Shown: piece by piece, positions 9,165 through 19,094 of the stretch | Numbering within the stretch: position 1 is the stretch's first letter | How the letters are laid out: every line of letters starts with the position of its first letter | Virus record (IMG/VR): IMGVR_UViG_3300009370_001603 | Location: 1-64,000 of that record | Source of the DNA: a virus | Direction: 5' to 3' (one strand) | Length of the DNA: 64,000 bases | The notes under the pieces: generated by a model | What the model was told of the DNA's origin: nothing | The model's input: only the letters and a program-made list of their open reading frames with translations | Databases searched by the model: none | Made by a program: the position numbers and the translations under genes

Positions 9165-10793
9165 ATGGATTGGTTTCCATTGTGTAACTATACACACTAC
9201 TCTTTGCAAAAGGCGTTCTCTAAGCCAAAGCAACTTGCGGAGAAATGCTCTAAAAATGGCTATCGAGCTTGCGGGATAGCAGATTATAAAAGCATATCAG
9301 GCGGAGTTGCATTCTACAGGGCCTGCTTAAAAAAGAATATCAAACCAATAATAGGTTGTTCTTTTGACGACTTTAGCCTGTTCGCTAAAAATAAAAACGG
9401 ATGGCTAGAACTTATACAGATTGTTTCTTCAATCTCCAGCGATGGAGAATTAGACAAGAAGCTTCTTATGGGGCTTGCTAATAATGGCAATCTTATCTCC
9501 GTCGCCTCTGACGAATCGTTATCACCAATAAAGGGTGATGATTTCTACGAAAAAAGCCCAAGTCTTCATGTAAGTTATTACACAGAGAAGGAACACGCTA
9601 AACTGCACAGAATTTTACTCTGCTCCGCGATGAAGACCACTGTCCCCAAGATAACCAAGTCCATTAACAACGGAGATTCCGTAGACAATCAAATCTTTTT
9701 TGAATCAAATGATTTCTTTGTTAGGGACAAGTTTGGCGCAGCGGAACTTTTGATAGAAGACCCAAGGCCAAATCTATTTAAAGAAATATACAGCAAGTGT
9801 GAGAATTACGATATTCTTAATCAGCCCATGCTGCCTACGTTTAAAACCCCCGATGGAGAATCTCAAAAGAAATACTTGCGGGCATTAGCCAGAGAGGGAT
9901 GGACAGATCTTCTTGGCGACACAGTTACCGACGAAGAACAAAAGAAGGCATATGGAGACAGATTTAGAAAAGAGTATGAAGTTATTGAGCAAGCAAATTT
10001 ATTTGGGTATTTTTTGATCGTCTGGGATATTATAAGGCATTGTCAAAGTCAAGGGTGGATGGTTGGTCCCGGAAGAGGATCTGCTGCGGGATGCCTTATT
10101 TCATATCTAATTGGAATCACACAAATAGATCCAATTGAGTTTGATTTATTATTTGAAAGATTTTATAACGCTGGCCGCAACACCGAAGATCATATCTCCC
10201 TTCCGGATATTGATATAGATGTTCCCGGAGGAAAGCGCGATGAAATTATATCATATCTAAAAGACAAGTACGGTAGCGACAATGTTAGCCAGATGCTAAC
10301 GTTTGGAAGGCTACAGGGGCGTAGCGCAATTAAAGAAGTATTACGTGTAAATAATGCCTGCGGATTCGGAGAAATGAACGAGATAACAAAATACATTCCC
10401 GACGAAGCTGCCATCTCTGATCAGCTTGCAGAAATGGACGAAGAAGATAGATCCATTATTCGCTGGGCACTAATTAACAATGCAGATGACCTGCGTGATT
10501 ATTGCTTTATAAATGACAAAGGCCAGCTACAGGGTGATTACTCAGAATATTTTCAGCAGGCCATTGATATTGAAGGAACTTTTAAAACACAGGGAAAACA
10601 TGCTGCTGGCGTTGTTATTTCAGCAGAGCCTCTTTACACAGTTTGCCCCATGGTAAACCAAAGAAGCGGAAAGGAAAAAATTGCTGGCTTAGAAATGGCA
10701 GACCTTGAAGCTTTAGGACATGTTAAATTTGACGTACTAGGCATCAACCTTTTAGATAAACTGATGCTGATTAAGGAGACTATCTATGAATAG
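9165..10793 (+). CDS. dnaE: DNA polymerase III alpha, N-terminal part (degenerate PHP + palm/thumb)
   Basis: THYSL, GPGRGSAAG, LFERFYN, PDIDID (two catalytic Asp), GKHAAGVVIS, VKFDVLG (third Asp); the ORF ends just after this motif. Confidence 0.9.
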   Translation: MDWFPLCNYTHYSLQKAFSKPKQLAEKCSKNGYRACGIADYKSISGGVAFYRACLKKNIKPIIGCSFDDFSLFAKNKNGWLELIQIVSSISSDGELDKKLLMGLANNGNLISVASDESLSPIKGDDFYEKSPSLHVSYYTEKEHAKLHRILLCSAMKTTVPKITKSINNGDSVDNQIFFESNDFFVRDKFGAAELLIEDPRPNLFKEIYSKCENYDILNQPMLPTFKTPDGESQKKYLRALAREGWTDLLGDTVTDEEQKKAYGDRFRKEYEVIEQANLFGYFLIVWDIIRHCQSQGWMVGPGRGSAAGCLISYLIGITQIDPIEFDLLFERFYNAGRNTEDHISLPDIDIDVPGGKRDEIISYLKDKYGSDNVSQMLTFGRLQGRSAIKEVLRVNNACGFGEMNEITKYIPDEAAISDQLAEMDEEDRSIIRWALINNADDLRDYCFINDKGQLQGDYSEYFQQAIDIEGTFKTQGKHAAGVVISAEPLYTVCPMVNQRSGKEKIAGLEMADLEALGHVKFDVLGINLLDKLMLIKETIYE

Positions 10794-11460
10794 AGATATC
10801 ATTATGTTTGACTTTGAAACGGGCGGTCGCAACCCAATGAAATGTCAACCGACTCAGATTGCTGCGATAGCATTGGACGGAAGGAATTTTAGACTCAAGG
10901 GTGAGTTTAACAGTATGATGCGTCCTATTATAGACGACGACGAGGCTATAGCTGCGGGTGTTGACCCAATTGAAGAAGGTGCCTTAAAGGTCACTGGACA
11001 AACAAGGGCAAAACTCGCAAGAGCGCCGCTGCCAAAAGGTGTCTGGAAAAAGTTCTGCACCTTTGTGAATAAGTACAATTGGAAGGGTACACCTTATTTT
11101 GCACCTATTCCGGCAGGATTTAACATCATCGGCTATGACATGCACATCGTCAATCGCTTGTGTAAGGAATATGGGCCTTGGGACGACAAGCGTCAGTCAC
11201 AGAAGCTTTTCCATCAAATCTACAAGATAGATGTTATGGATGACGTGTGGCTCTGGACAGAGGGAGACCCCGCAGTAAAGTCTATTAGCATGGATTCGCT
11301 AAGAGAAAGAATGGGGCTGTCTTCAGAAAATGCTCATGACGCCCTGCAAGACGTTAAAGATACCGCTAATATTTTTATAAAACTGCAAAAGTCAAGACGG
11401 GCAGTTTATCGTAACATGAAATTTGAAAAAGCATTTGCGGACGGCAAGCTTTTTGTTTAA
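10786..11460 (+). CDS. DEDDh 3'-5' exonuclease (DnaQ/epsilon-like)
   Basis: FDFETGG (ExoI), GFNIIGYD (ExoII), AHDALQDV (ExoIII); AAGGAG RBS. Confidence 0.88.
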   Translation: MNRDIIMFDFETGGRNPMKCQPTQIAAIALDGRNFRLKGEFNSMMRPIIDDDEAIAAGVDPIEEGALKVTGQTRAKLARAPLPKGVWKKFCTFVNKYNWKGTPYFAPIPAGFNIIGYDMHIVNRLCKEYGPWDDKRQSQKLFHQIYKIDVMDDVWLWTEGDPAVKSISMDSLRERMGLSSENAHDALQDVKDTANIFIKLQKSRRAVYRNMKFEKAFADGKLFV

Positions 11461-11476
11461 TAGTATTGAGACTAAA

Positions 11477-13042
11477 ATGATCGACAGGAATGACAAAAAA
11501 TCTTGGGACTTGTACAAGGAAGGTCTCACAAAGGGTGTATTTCAACTTGAGAGCAACCTTGGCAGAGCGTGGTCGAAAAGGCTGGCTCCAGAAAACCTAG
11601 AGGAACTCGCCGCACTCATTGCTTTGATTCGCCCCGGATGCCTTAAGGCTATTATTGATGGCAAGTCAATGACCCAAAGATTTGTGGACAGAAAACACAA
11701 AAAAGAAGAAGTCTCCTATCTACATGAATCCCTAGAAGATATCTTGAGTCCTACCTATGGCGTACTTGTTTACCAAGAGCAGGCCATGCGTATCGCCGTT
11801 AAGTTGGCCGGATTTAATGAGCAAGAAGCCGACAACCTTAGAAAAGCTATTGGTAAAAAGAAGGCCGGTTTGATGGCAAAAATTCGGGAGGAGTTTGTTC
11901 TAGGATGTCGAGAAGAAGGCATTGTAGACGAGGATACAGCTAAAGAAATCTTTGGTTGGATTGAAAAATCGTCTCGCTATTCCTTCAATAAATCTCACGC
12001 TGTAGCCTATGCGTTAGACTCTTATTGGTCGGCTTACTATAAAGCAAACCACACAAAAGAGTTCTTCCTGTCCTATCTATTCCATGCAAATGAAAAGCAA
12101 GACCCTCACCAAGAAATCTACGAGCTGGTGAATGAAGCCAAACTCTTCGATATTGAAGTGAAGGTTCCGAAACTATCGAGTTTTTCTAAAAAGTTCTCTG
12201 TTCGAGACGACGGCGTTTACTTCGGCATAAAGGATGTTAAATCTCTCACGGGTGTTACCGGCGACAAAGTAATAACCGCAATCGCTGAAACAAAAGAGGA
12301 ATCTGAAAAACCTCCAGAAAATTTCAGCTGGATGGACATCCTGATAAAGCTGTCCCCCAAGATTAACTCGACGGCTTTCAAGGCCCTTGCCGCCATTGGG
12401 TTCTTCTCCACCAAGTCCACCGGAGTCACCAGAAATCAAGCGCTTTATGAGTATTTGATTTTTAGAGAGCTGACAAAGGTTGAATTGGCTTGGGTGCAAA
12501 ACAATTATCGAAATAAAAAGTGGGAGAAACTAGAAGACTGCTTCTCTGACTTAGCCCCAACTAAAAAGCTAGGCGGTGGAACCAGCAATGTCAATAGGAT
12601 GCAAATAATAAACAATGAAATTGAAATGCTTAAGTATCCCCCGTATGATCTAAATGATGACCCAGCTTGGATTATTGAGCAAGAGACTAAAATGCTCGGT
12701 TGCCCAATTTCCCTGTCAAGAATTGATGCTGTAGACACCTCCATAGCAAATACAACATGTAAGGATGTCATGAATGGCAAGAGGGGAAACGATATTTGCA
12801 TTGTGGCAAATGTTCAGCGGGTCGCAAACCATAAAATAAACAAGAAAAACAGCAAACAAAAGGGAAGAGTAATGTCATTTTTGACAATAGAAGATGCGAC
12901 CTGCTCACTAGATAGCGTGGTCGTATTTCCGGACACAAGAGATAAATATCAATTTATTTTGTATGAGGGTAACAACCTAATGCTGTGCGGAGACGTGGAA
13001 AAAGACAGCTCATTCATTGTTAATAAAATTCACGAAATTTAG
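11477..13042 (+). CDS. dnaE: DNA polymerase III alpha, C-terminal part (fingers, HhH, OB fold)
   Basis: DKKSW..., GVFQLES, ALIRPG, TYGVLVYQEQAM, LRKAIGKKK, FNKSHAVAYA, MSFLTIED OB fold. Frame is open from 11423; ATG at 11477 chosen as start. Confidence 0.9.
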   Translation: MIDRNDKKSWDLYKEGLTKGVFQLESNLGRAWSKRLAPENLEELAALIALIRPGCLKAIIDGKSMTQRFVDRKHKKEEVSYLHESLEDILSPTYGVLVYQEQAMRIAVKLAGFNEQEADNLRKAIGKKKAGLMAKIREEFVLGCREEGIVDEDTAKEIFGWIEKSSRYSFNKSHAVAYALDSYWSAYYKANHTKEFFLSYLFHANEKQDPHQEIYELVNEAKLFDIEVKVPKLSSFSKKFSVRDDGVYFGIKDVKSLTGVTGDKVITAIAETKEESEKPPENFSWMDILIKLSPKINSTAFKALAAIGFFSTKSTGVTRNQALYEYLIFRELTKVELAWVQNNYRNKKWEKLEDCFSDLAPTKKLGGGTSNVNRMQIINNEIEMLKYPPYDLNDDPAWIIEQETKMLGCPISLSRIDAVDTSIANTTCKDVMNGKRGNDICIVANVQRVANHKINKKNSKQKGRVMSFLTIEDATCSLDSVVVFPDTRDKYQFILYEGNNLMLCGDVEKDSSFIVNKIHEI

Positions 13043-13049
13043 CACAATT

Positions 13050-13091
13050 GATTGGAATTACTTAGGAATTACTTAAATCTTTTGCTATTAT
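13050..13091 (+). promoter_or_regulatory. putative phage promoter GGAA-N16-CTATTAT with an 11-bp tandem duplication (GGAATTACTTA x2)
   Basis: Direct repeat at 13054-13064 and 13065-13075; motif shared with 9072-9102. Confidence 0.5.
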
Positions 13092-13112
13092 GTAGTAAAG
13101 CGAGATATTTAT

Positions 13113-13427
13113 ATGAACATATGCACATTCACGGGGTACCTTCTGCAAACTCCGGAGCTTTACCCAACAAGTGGGACGGTAAAGGCAAGGTTTTGTACAT
13201 TTGACTTGGTAACATACGAGTATGTACGAAATAAAAGCGGAGAAAAGAGGCGGTATCCAACGACCTTAAAGTTTCAGGCATGGGACAGCGGGGCCGACGC
13301 CATCACCAAGTTGGGTGAGAAGGGGATGAAGATGACAGTACACGCCTCCGCTAGAAATTCAGATACGGATGGCGATATTATTTTCAGGGTTAATCAGTTC
13401 GACTTCGGATGCTTGGACAAGGAATAA
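13113..13427 (+). CDS. ssb: single-stranded DNA-binding protein (short OB fold)
   Basis: MNICTFTGYL..TPEL, FQAWDSGA, KG..MTV; lacks a long acidic tail. Confidence 0.7.
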   Translation: MNICTFTGYLLQTPELYPTSGTVKARFCTFDLVTYEYVRNKSGEKRRYPTTLKFQAWDSGADAITKLGEKGMKMTVHASARNSDTDGDIIFRVNQFDFGCLDKE

Positions 13428-13428
13428 A

Positions 13429-15111
13429 ATGAGAAAAAAAAGAATTCTTTTTTGCAGTGAGGCCACGTTCTTAAATACAGGATATGCTACTTACACCCGT
13501 GAGATTTTAAATTATCTTCACGGCACAGGTAAATATGAGCTAGCGGAAATGGCCTCATATGGCCAGAGAAATGATCCGAGAGCAGAAGGCATCCCTTGGC
13601 GATACTACGGCGTAGCACCGAACACTGAGTGTGAACCAAAAGCATCTAAAGAGGAAATAGATGCATACAACTCTTCTGGATCGAACCAGTTCGGAGAGTG
13701 GATTTTTGAGCATGTATGCCTAGATTTCATGCCAGATATCGTGTGTGATATTCGGGATTTTTGGATGCTTGAGTTTGCCGAAAGGTCGCCATTTAGAGAT
13801 TACTTCAAGTGGTGCATTATGCCAACTGTAGACGCTAGGCCACAGGCGAGACAGTGGGTTTCCTCATACGCGAGCGCAGATGCCTGCTTTACATATTCAG
13901 ACTGGGCTGGTACTATACTAGAAGATCAATCTGGAGGAAAAATAAACTATCTCGGAAGCGCCCCTCCATCTGCCCACCCAGCCTACAATCCGGTAGAAGA
14001 TAAAAGGATGCAGAAAAAGCAGTTCGGACTAGATCCCGACTGCAAGATTATCGGAACCGTAATGCGTAACCAAAGACGCAAACTATATCCAGACCTATTC
14101 GCTGCGTTTAAAATGTTCTTGGATAAAACGGGAAGAAAAGATGTATATCTTTATTGCCATACTTCATACCCTGATCTTGGGTGGGACTTGCCAGAGCTAA
14201 TTCAACAAAACGGTTTAGCTTCCCATGTAATGTTCACATATATATGCCCAGAAACAAAGAGGCCGTTCCCATCTCTGTTCAAGGGGGCGGTAATCCAATC
14301 TCCCTTTACCGGCAAATGGGGATCAACCCTGTCGAACGTTAAAAACGGAGTATCTTACGAGGATCTCTCCTCGATAATTAGTTTGTTTGACCTATACACA
14401 CAATATGCAAACTGTGAAGGATTTGGTCTACCATATGTAGAAGCTGCTGCCTGTGGCATCCCAGTGTGTGGAACTGACTATTCTGCTATGGAGAGTGAAA
14501 TTAGAAAGCTACAAGGCTATCCGATTAAACCCAAAGCTCTTTACAAAGAACTTGAAACAGGATGCTTGCGAGCCGTCCCTGACAATGAAATTGCGTGCGA
14601 TTATTTCGCATCATTCTTCGCAAGACCGGAAGAAGATAGGCAGGCAGAGGGAAAAAGAACCCGCGAGAATTTCCAAAAGCACTTCCAGTGGCACCTAAGC
14701 GGGAAAAAATGGGAAGATTATTTTGACAGTGTTGAATTGATGCCGGTCGAGCAAACTTGGTGCTCTGCACCCAAAATAGCTCCCCCTTCGCCAAAGCCAG
14801 AAAAAATACAACCCAACGCAAATCATAAAGATTTAGCCAGATGGTTGATCGTAGAAGCTCTTAGAGATCCCTCAAAGCTAAATTCTTTTTTTGAAGCAAG
14901 ATTGACTAGAGACTTAACTTACAGGAGTGCAACCTCGTCAACGGGGGGTATGTATTTCAATGAGTCTTCAGCCGCGTTCGACGGCTTAAATACAAGAACT
15001 CCATTTGATTTTGATATTGCCTACGAGAACATGTGCCACCAGCGAAATAGAATTAATCAATGGGAGCAAAAAAGAATAGAAACAATGCGGGAGCGAGGCT
15101 TGATGCAATAA
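13429..15111 (+). CDS. glycosyltransferase family 4 (GT-B)
   Basis: TGYA, RNQRRK, NCEGFGLPYVEAAACGIPV. Start moved to the ATG after the ssb stop. Confidence 0.85.
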   Translation: MRKKRILFCSEATFLNTGYATYTREILNYLHGTGKYELAEMASYGQRNDPRAEGIPWRYYGVAPNTECEPKASKEEIDAYNSSGSNQFGEWIFEHVCLDFMPDIVCDIRDFWMLEFAERSPFRDYFKWCIMPTVDARPQARQWVSSYASADACFTYSDWAGTILEDQSGGKINYLGSAPPSAHPAYNPVEDKRMQKKQFGLDPDCKIIGTVMRNQRRKLYPDLFAAFKMFLDKTGRKDVYLYCHTSYPDLGWDLPELIQQNGLASHVMFTYICPETKRPFPSLFKGAVIQSPFTGKWGSTLSNVKNGVSYEDLSSIISLFDLYTQYANCEGFGLPYVEAAACGIPVCGTDYSAMESEIRKLQGYPIKPKALYKELETGCLRAVPDNEIACDYFASFFARPEEDRQAEGKRTRENFQKHFQWHLSGKKWEDYFDSVELMPVEQTWCSAPKIAPPSPKPEKIQPNANHKDLARWLIVEALRDPSKLNSFFEARLTRDLTYRSATSSTGGMYFNESSAAFDGLNTRTPFDFDIAYENMCHQRNRINQWEQKRIETMRERGLMQ

Positions 15112-15791
15112 TGCTATTTTTAGAAAAGATCAAGATGGTGCTTCCAGATATTAAAAACATATTTGAGGTAGGCGCTCATAGGGGTTATGACGTGTTAGAA
15201 CTTGCAGAGTATTGGCCCGAAGCTAATATATATGCTTTCGAGGCAGACCCCTTTAATTATGAAATATGCAAAAATAAGCTTGAAGATAATCCCAGTGTCC
15301 ATACCCTACACATGGCCGTGACAGACACTACCGGACCCGTTACTTTTAATAGGTTTTATGACCTAGAGACCATACCCGACGACCAAACGTTTGTGGGAGA
15401 TGCAATGCAGAATACGGGTCAGGGTTCTATACTTCCTTTAGGAAACGGGATGAAGCAAATTTTTGGCGTCAAAGACGTAACAGAAAAGATTGAGGTTGAC
15501 GGAACTTCCCTGCGGGATTTTTGTAAAGATCGAAATATCGAGGGAATAGACGCTCTCTTTATGGACGTTCAGGGGGCAGAAGCAAAAGTCCTTCAGGGGT
15601 GCCAAGAAATGATACAAACCGTTAAGGTCATTGCGCTAGAGTGGTCTCATAGACAGCTTATGTATGAAGGGGAGACGGACTTTATGGTTATTAAGCATGT
15701 CTTAGAGCAGCAAGGGTTTTTTGAAGCCGCCAGAGTTTGGCAATTAAAGGGTATAACAGGCGATTCACTATTTTTAAGGACAGGAGAATAA
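15111..15791 (+). CDS. FkbM family methyltransferase
   Basis: FEVGAHRG, FEADP, MDVQGAE. Confidence 0.85.
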   Translation: MLFLEKIKMVLPDIKNIFEVGAHRGYDVLELAEYWPEANIYAFEADPFNYEICKNKLEDNPSVHTLHMAVTDTTGPVTFNRFYDLETIPDDQTFVGDAMQNTGQGSILPLGNGMKQIFGVKDVTEKIEVDGTSLRDFCKDRNIEGIDALFMDVQGAEAKVLQGCQEMIQTVKVIALEWSHRQLMYEGETDFMVIKHVLEQQGFFEAARVWQLKGITGDSLFLRTGE

Positions 15792-16924
15792 TGAAAGTAC
15801 TTTACATAGGACACTATAAAGAGTTTGGTGGCTGGGCCGAGGCTGCCAAGAATTATATCCTAGCGCTGGACTCGGTTGGAATAGATGTTGTTTGCAGAAA
15901 TGTTACGCTCACAGGAGATAAAGAAATATCAGGCAGACTCAAAGAGTTAGAAGACAAGAGCACTGACGGCTGCGACGTTTGCATACAACACGTTCTTCCT
16001 CATCACCTTTGTGGGTCAGGTAGGTTTAAGAAAAATATAGCTTTTCTAGCCTCAGAGTCCGTGAGCATCAAACACTTACCTTGGTTTGACTACCTTAAGC
16101 AGATGGATTCGATATGGGTTCCGAACGCCTGTTCCAAAAAGCTATTAGAAGAAGATAATATCGGTATACCAGTCTCTGTTGTTCCCCATACATTTGATAC
16201 ATCTAAATATAAAAAACAGTATGAAACTATAAATATACCAGATGTAGAAGGTAATTTTGTATTCTACTACATAGGGGACATGAACGATAGGAAAAACTTA
16301 GAGTGCGCAGTAACGTGTTTTCATTCTGAGTTTGATAGGGCGGAAGATGCCTCCTTGGTAATTAAAATAAATAAGTTTGGACACACTCCGGAAGAACTAC
16401 ACAATATGGCATCGGAGAAAGTGGCACAAATTAAATCTAGGCTTAGACTGTATGCCGACCTAGCTGGCTACAAAAAAGATATTATCATACCAAATCAAGT
16501 GCCCGAAGAGACCCTCTACAGCTTACACCAGCAGTTCCATTGCTTCCTTTGCCCCTCTCACGGAGAGGCTTGGTCGATCCCCTCGTTTGAAGCCATGGCG
16601 TTTGGCAGCACCCCAATATGCGGTGATTTTGGTGGCCCTCCGGAGTTTATATCTGACGATGATAAGACTGGGAAGTGTGTGGATGGAGTATTCTCCAGTT
16701 GTAAATGTAGCGACTCTGCATTTCCAGATTTATTTACGGGTAGAGAATACTGGTTTACACCGTGTGAAAGGCAGATTAGACAGCAAATGAGAAAATACTA
16801 TGAAGCATATAAGGAAAACCCAATCAAATACACTGTAGAGAATAAGTCTGCTGGCCTAAATCGGGCAGATCAGTTCTCTTTTGAAGTTGTAGGACAACTC
16901 ATGAAGGATATTCTCAATGACTAA
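15791..16924 (+). CDS. glycosyltransferase family 4
   Basis: GGWAEAA, DRKN, PSHGEAWSIPSFEAMAFG. Confidence 0.85.
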   Translation: MKVLYIGHYKEFGGWAEAAKNYILALDSVGIDVVCRNVTLTGDKEISGRLKELEDKSTDGCDVCIQHVLPHHLCGSGRFKKNIAFLASESVSIKHLPWFDYLKQMDSIWVPNACSKKLLEEDNIGIPVSVVPHTFDTSKYKKQYETINIPDVEGNFVFYYIGDMNDRKNLECAVTCFHSEFDRAEDASLVIKINKFGHTPEELHNMASEKVAQIKSRLRLYADLAGYKKDIIIPNQVPEETLYSLHQQFHCFLCPSHGEAWSIPSFEAMAFGSTPICGDFGGPPEFISDDDKTGKCVDGVFSSCKCSDSAFPDLFTGREYWFTPCERQIRQQMRKYYEAYKENPIKYTVENKSAGLNRADQFSFEVVGQLMKDILND

Positions 16925-17930
16925 CCAAACAATCCGCATTATAGATAGGGTAGAGAAAAGGGATAAGTATAATATCCTGACATTCGATACCCACGAAAGA
17001 TACCAAAGCCAGCTCGCCAAGACTGGGCATAACTTCTACTCATTTAGATATGACGATTGTAAAAAATGGGAGGAGTCATACGCCAAGCTTCCAGACAACT
17101 ATTATATCCTGCCAGAAAATTCAATCATCAGTGGCCTGAACATTGATTTTATATTAAGCCAAAGTAAGTTTGGACAGTTTCAGGTTGCCTCAAAAATCCA
17201 AGGGGTCTTGAACGTTCCGATACTTTCGCTTGAACATACGTTACCAATACCCAGTTGGCCGAACGAGCAGTTAGAATTATTCAGAAGTATGATTGGCGAT
17301 GCCAATGTTTTTATATCGGACTATTCGGTGCAAAAATGGGGCATGAACTGTCCGGCTAACGTCATTCATCATTCTGTGGATAGCGACACGTTTACGCCGA
17401 CCGACGCCGAACAATCAGTTGACATACTTAGTGTTGTCAATGAATTTCCCGAACGAGACTACTGCTGCAACTACAATGGTTGGCAGCGTATCGTGTCGAA
17501 GTTTCAATCGGAGTCGAAAACTGTTGACGTTATTGGTAAGGGCAACGAGTCAATTCCAAACATAAGAGGCGGCGTTGCGAACGGTATGGAAGATTTAGTT
17601 TCTAGGTACAATGGGTGTAAGGTTTTCCTAAATACATCTACAATAAGCCCCGTACCGACATCCTTGCTGGAGGCCATGTCTTGTGGATGCGCCGTTGTTA
17701 GTACCGCTACCTGCATGATACCAGAAATAATCGAAAACGGAGTCAATGGCTTCCTGTCTAACGACGAGGGGGAACTCAGGGATTATGTTGAAAAATTGCT
17801 TGCAAACCCCAAGTTGGCAGAAGACGTGGGCAACGCAGCAAGAGAAACAGTTCTTAACGATTTTTCAGAAGAACGATTTATCAATAACTGGAACAAAATA
17901 TTTGATGACTTATACGGAGCACAAAGATGA
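16917..17930 (+). CDS. glycosyltransferase family 4
   Basis: FLNTSTISPVPTSLLEAMSCGCAVVST...IENGVNGFL. Confidence 0.85.
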   Translation: MTNQTIRIIDRVEKRDKYNILTFDTHERYQSQLAKTGHNFYSFRYDDCKKWEESYAKLPDNYYILPENSIISGLNIDFILSQSKFGQFQVASKIQGVLNVPILSLEHTLPIPSWPNEQLELFRSMIGDANVFISDYSVQKWGMNCPANVIHHSVDSDTFTPTDAEQSVDILSVVNEFPERDYCCNYNGWQRIVSKFQSESKTVDVIGKGNESIPNIRGGVANGMEDLVSRYNGCKVFLNTSTISPVPTSLLEAMSCGCAVVSTATCMIPEIIENGVNGFLSNDEGELRDYVEKLLANPKLAEDVGNAARETVLNDFSEERFINNWNKIFDDLYGAQR

Positions 17931-18343
17931 AAATACATATAGTTAAACCCGGACAACAGGCAATTGAAAACTTTAAAAAGGTAGAGTGTTTAGACAACAG
18001 TGTCGATCTGTCTGAAATTTCAGACAATGAGTGTGAACTAATTATGGCGAATGACATTATAGATTCGTTTGACATTCCAAATATAGAGGGGCTATTAAAA
18101 TCACTAATTAGCAAGCTAAGAATAAATGGCACGATAATTGTCGGTGGCACAGACGTGAGGCTACTATGCAAAAACGTTATAAACGATCAGATATCTGAAG
18201 TTGAAGCTTCTCGAATAATCTCAGGGCTAAAATCAGCTACTAACCTAGAATCCATGAGAGCAAGCTTGATGAATACGGGTCTGAACTTTGTGTCGTCTCA
18301 AATATCAGGCATTCACTACGAGCTGACAATGAAGAGGGGTTAA
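17927..18343 (+). CDS. hypothetical protein, degenerate methyltransferase-like fragment
   Basis: DNECELIMANDIID...LRINGTIIV resembles the C-terminal half of class I methyltransferases; no glycine-rich SAM motif. Confidence 0.4.
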   Translation: MKIHIVKPGQQAIENFKKVECLDNSVDLSEISDNECELIMANDIIDSFDIPNIEGLLKSLISKLRINGTIIVGGTDVRLLCKNVINDQISEVEASRIISGLKSATNLESMRASLMNTGLNFVSSQISGIHYELTMKRG

Positions 18344-18344
18344 A

Positions 18345-19094
18345 TTGGAAAACGCGCAACAAATAGCGACGATACAACGTCTGTGCAAGTCATGCATGTT
18401 CTATAACGAGTCGGTAAATATACAAGACGGGTGTATTGCCGACAGGTTAAATAGGGTGGAATCCGCAAAGCGGCCAGTAAACTTTTGCCCCCTTCATAGG
18501 CCAAAAGACTTGGATACTAAAGGTAAAACTAGAGAAGAATATCTAGAGTTATGCGAAGAGCAGCTGGAATGTACCTTTGGGATAATAGTCTATGACGACT
18601 CTAGAGATAAGCGGGATGTTAGAAGAACGATAGATTCCATAGGTAAGATAAACTACCCCAAAGAGAAGTTCTTTGTAATCCTGTCCACATACGAAAAAAC
18701 CATACTAGATAGAAATAGCTCTATACCACAATATGTAGACCACTACAACCAACTATCTTCTCACGACGTAAAATGCCAAATAACCTTCCATAAAGATTTT
18801 TGCAGCACGGAAGACAGGGAAACTGAAATTTTCCAAAAGATTGTTGACAAGACACATTTTGTTAGCATAGACGCTGGAAACCTAATAGATAAGGACTTTT
18901 TAAAGTATGTGAACGACACAATTCAGGCCATGGAAAAGATCGTTGTTTCTGAAGATACCGATCAAGAAGTGGTGTGCATACCAAAGTCCGTTGCCAACCA
19001 ATTTTACCTTAACTATGAAGACTATAAGGAAATGCTATCTGATATAATTAAGGGATCTAAAACAACGGACACATACTCAAAATATGAGAAATAA
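18345..19094 (+). CDS. hypothetical protein, Cys-rich N-terminus plus degenerate GT2-like fold
   Basis: CKSC...C...CPLH; RTIDSIGKINYPKEK; SIDAG at the DxD position. Confidence 0.4.
   Translation: MENAQQIATIQRLCKSCMFYNESVNIQDGCIADRLNRVESAKRPVNFCPLHRPKDLDTKGKTREEYLELCEEQLECTFGIIVYDDSRDKRDVRRTIDSIGKINYPKEKFFVILSTYEKTILDRNSSIPQYVDHYNQLSSHDVKCQITFHKDFCSTEDRETEIFQKIVDKTHFVSIDAGNLIDKDFLKYVNDTIQAMEKIVVSEDTDQEVVCIPKSVANQFYLNYEDYKEMLSDIIKGSKTTDTYSKYEK

Noticed and set aside
10700-11520. Split intein or group I intron explaining the dnaE break
   Set aside because: No intein terminal motifs. The intervening DNA is fully occupied by an exonuclease ORF with its own RBS, leaving no room for a ribozyme core.
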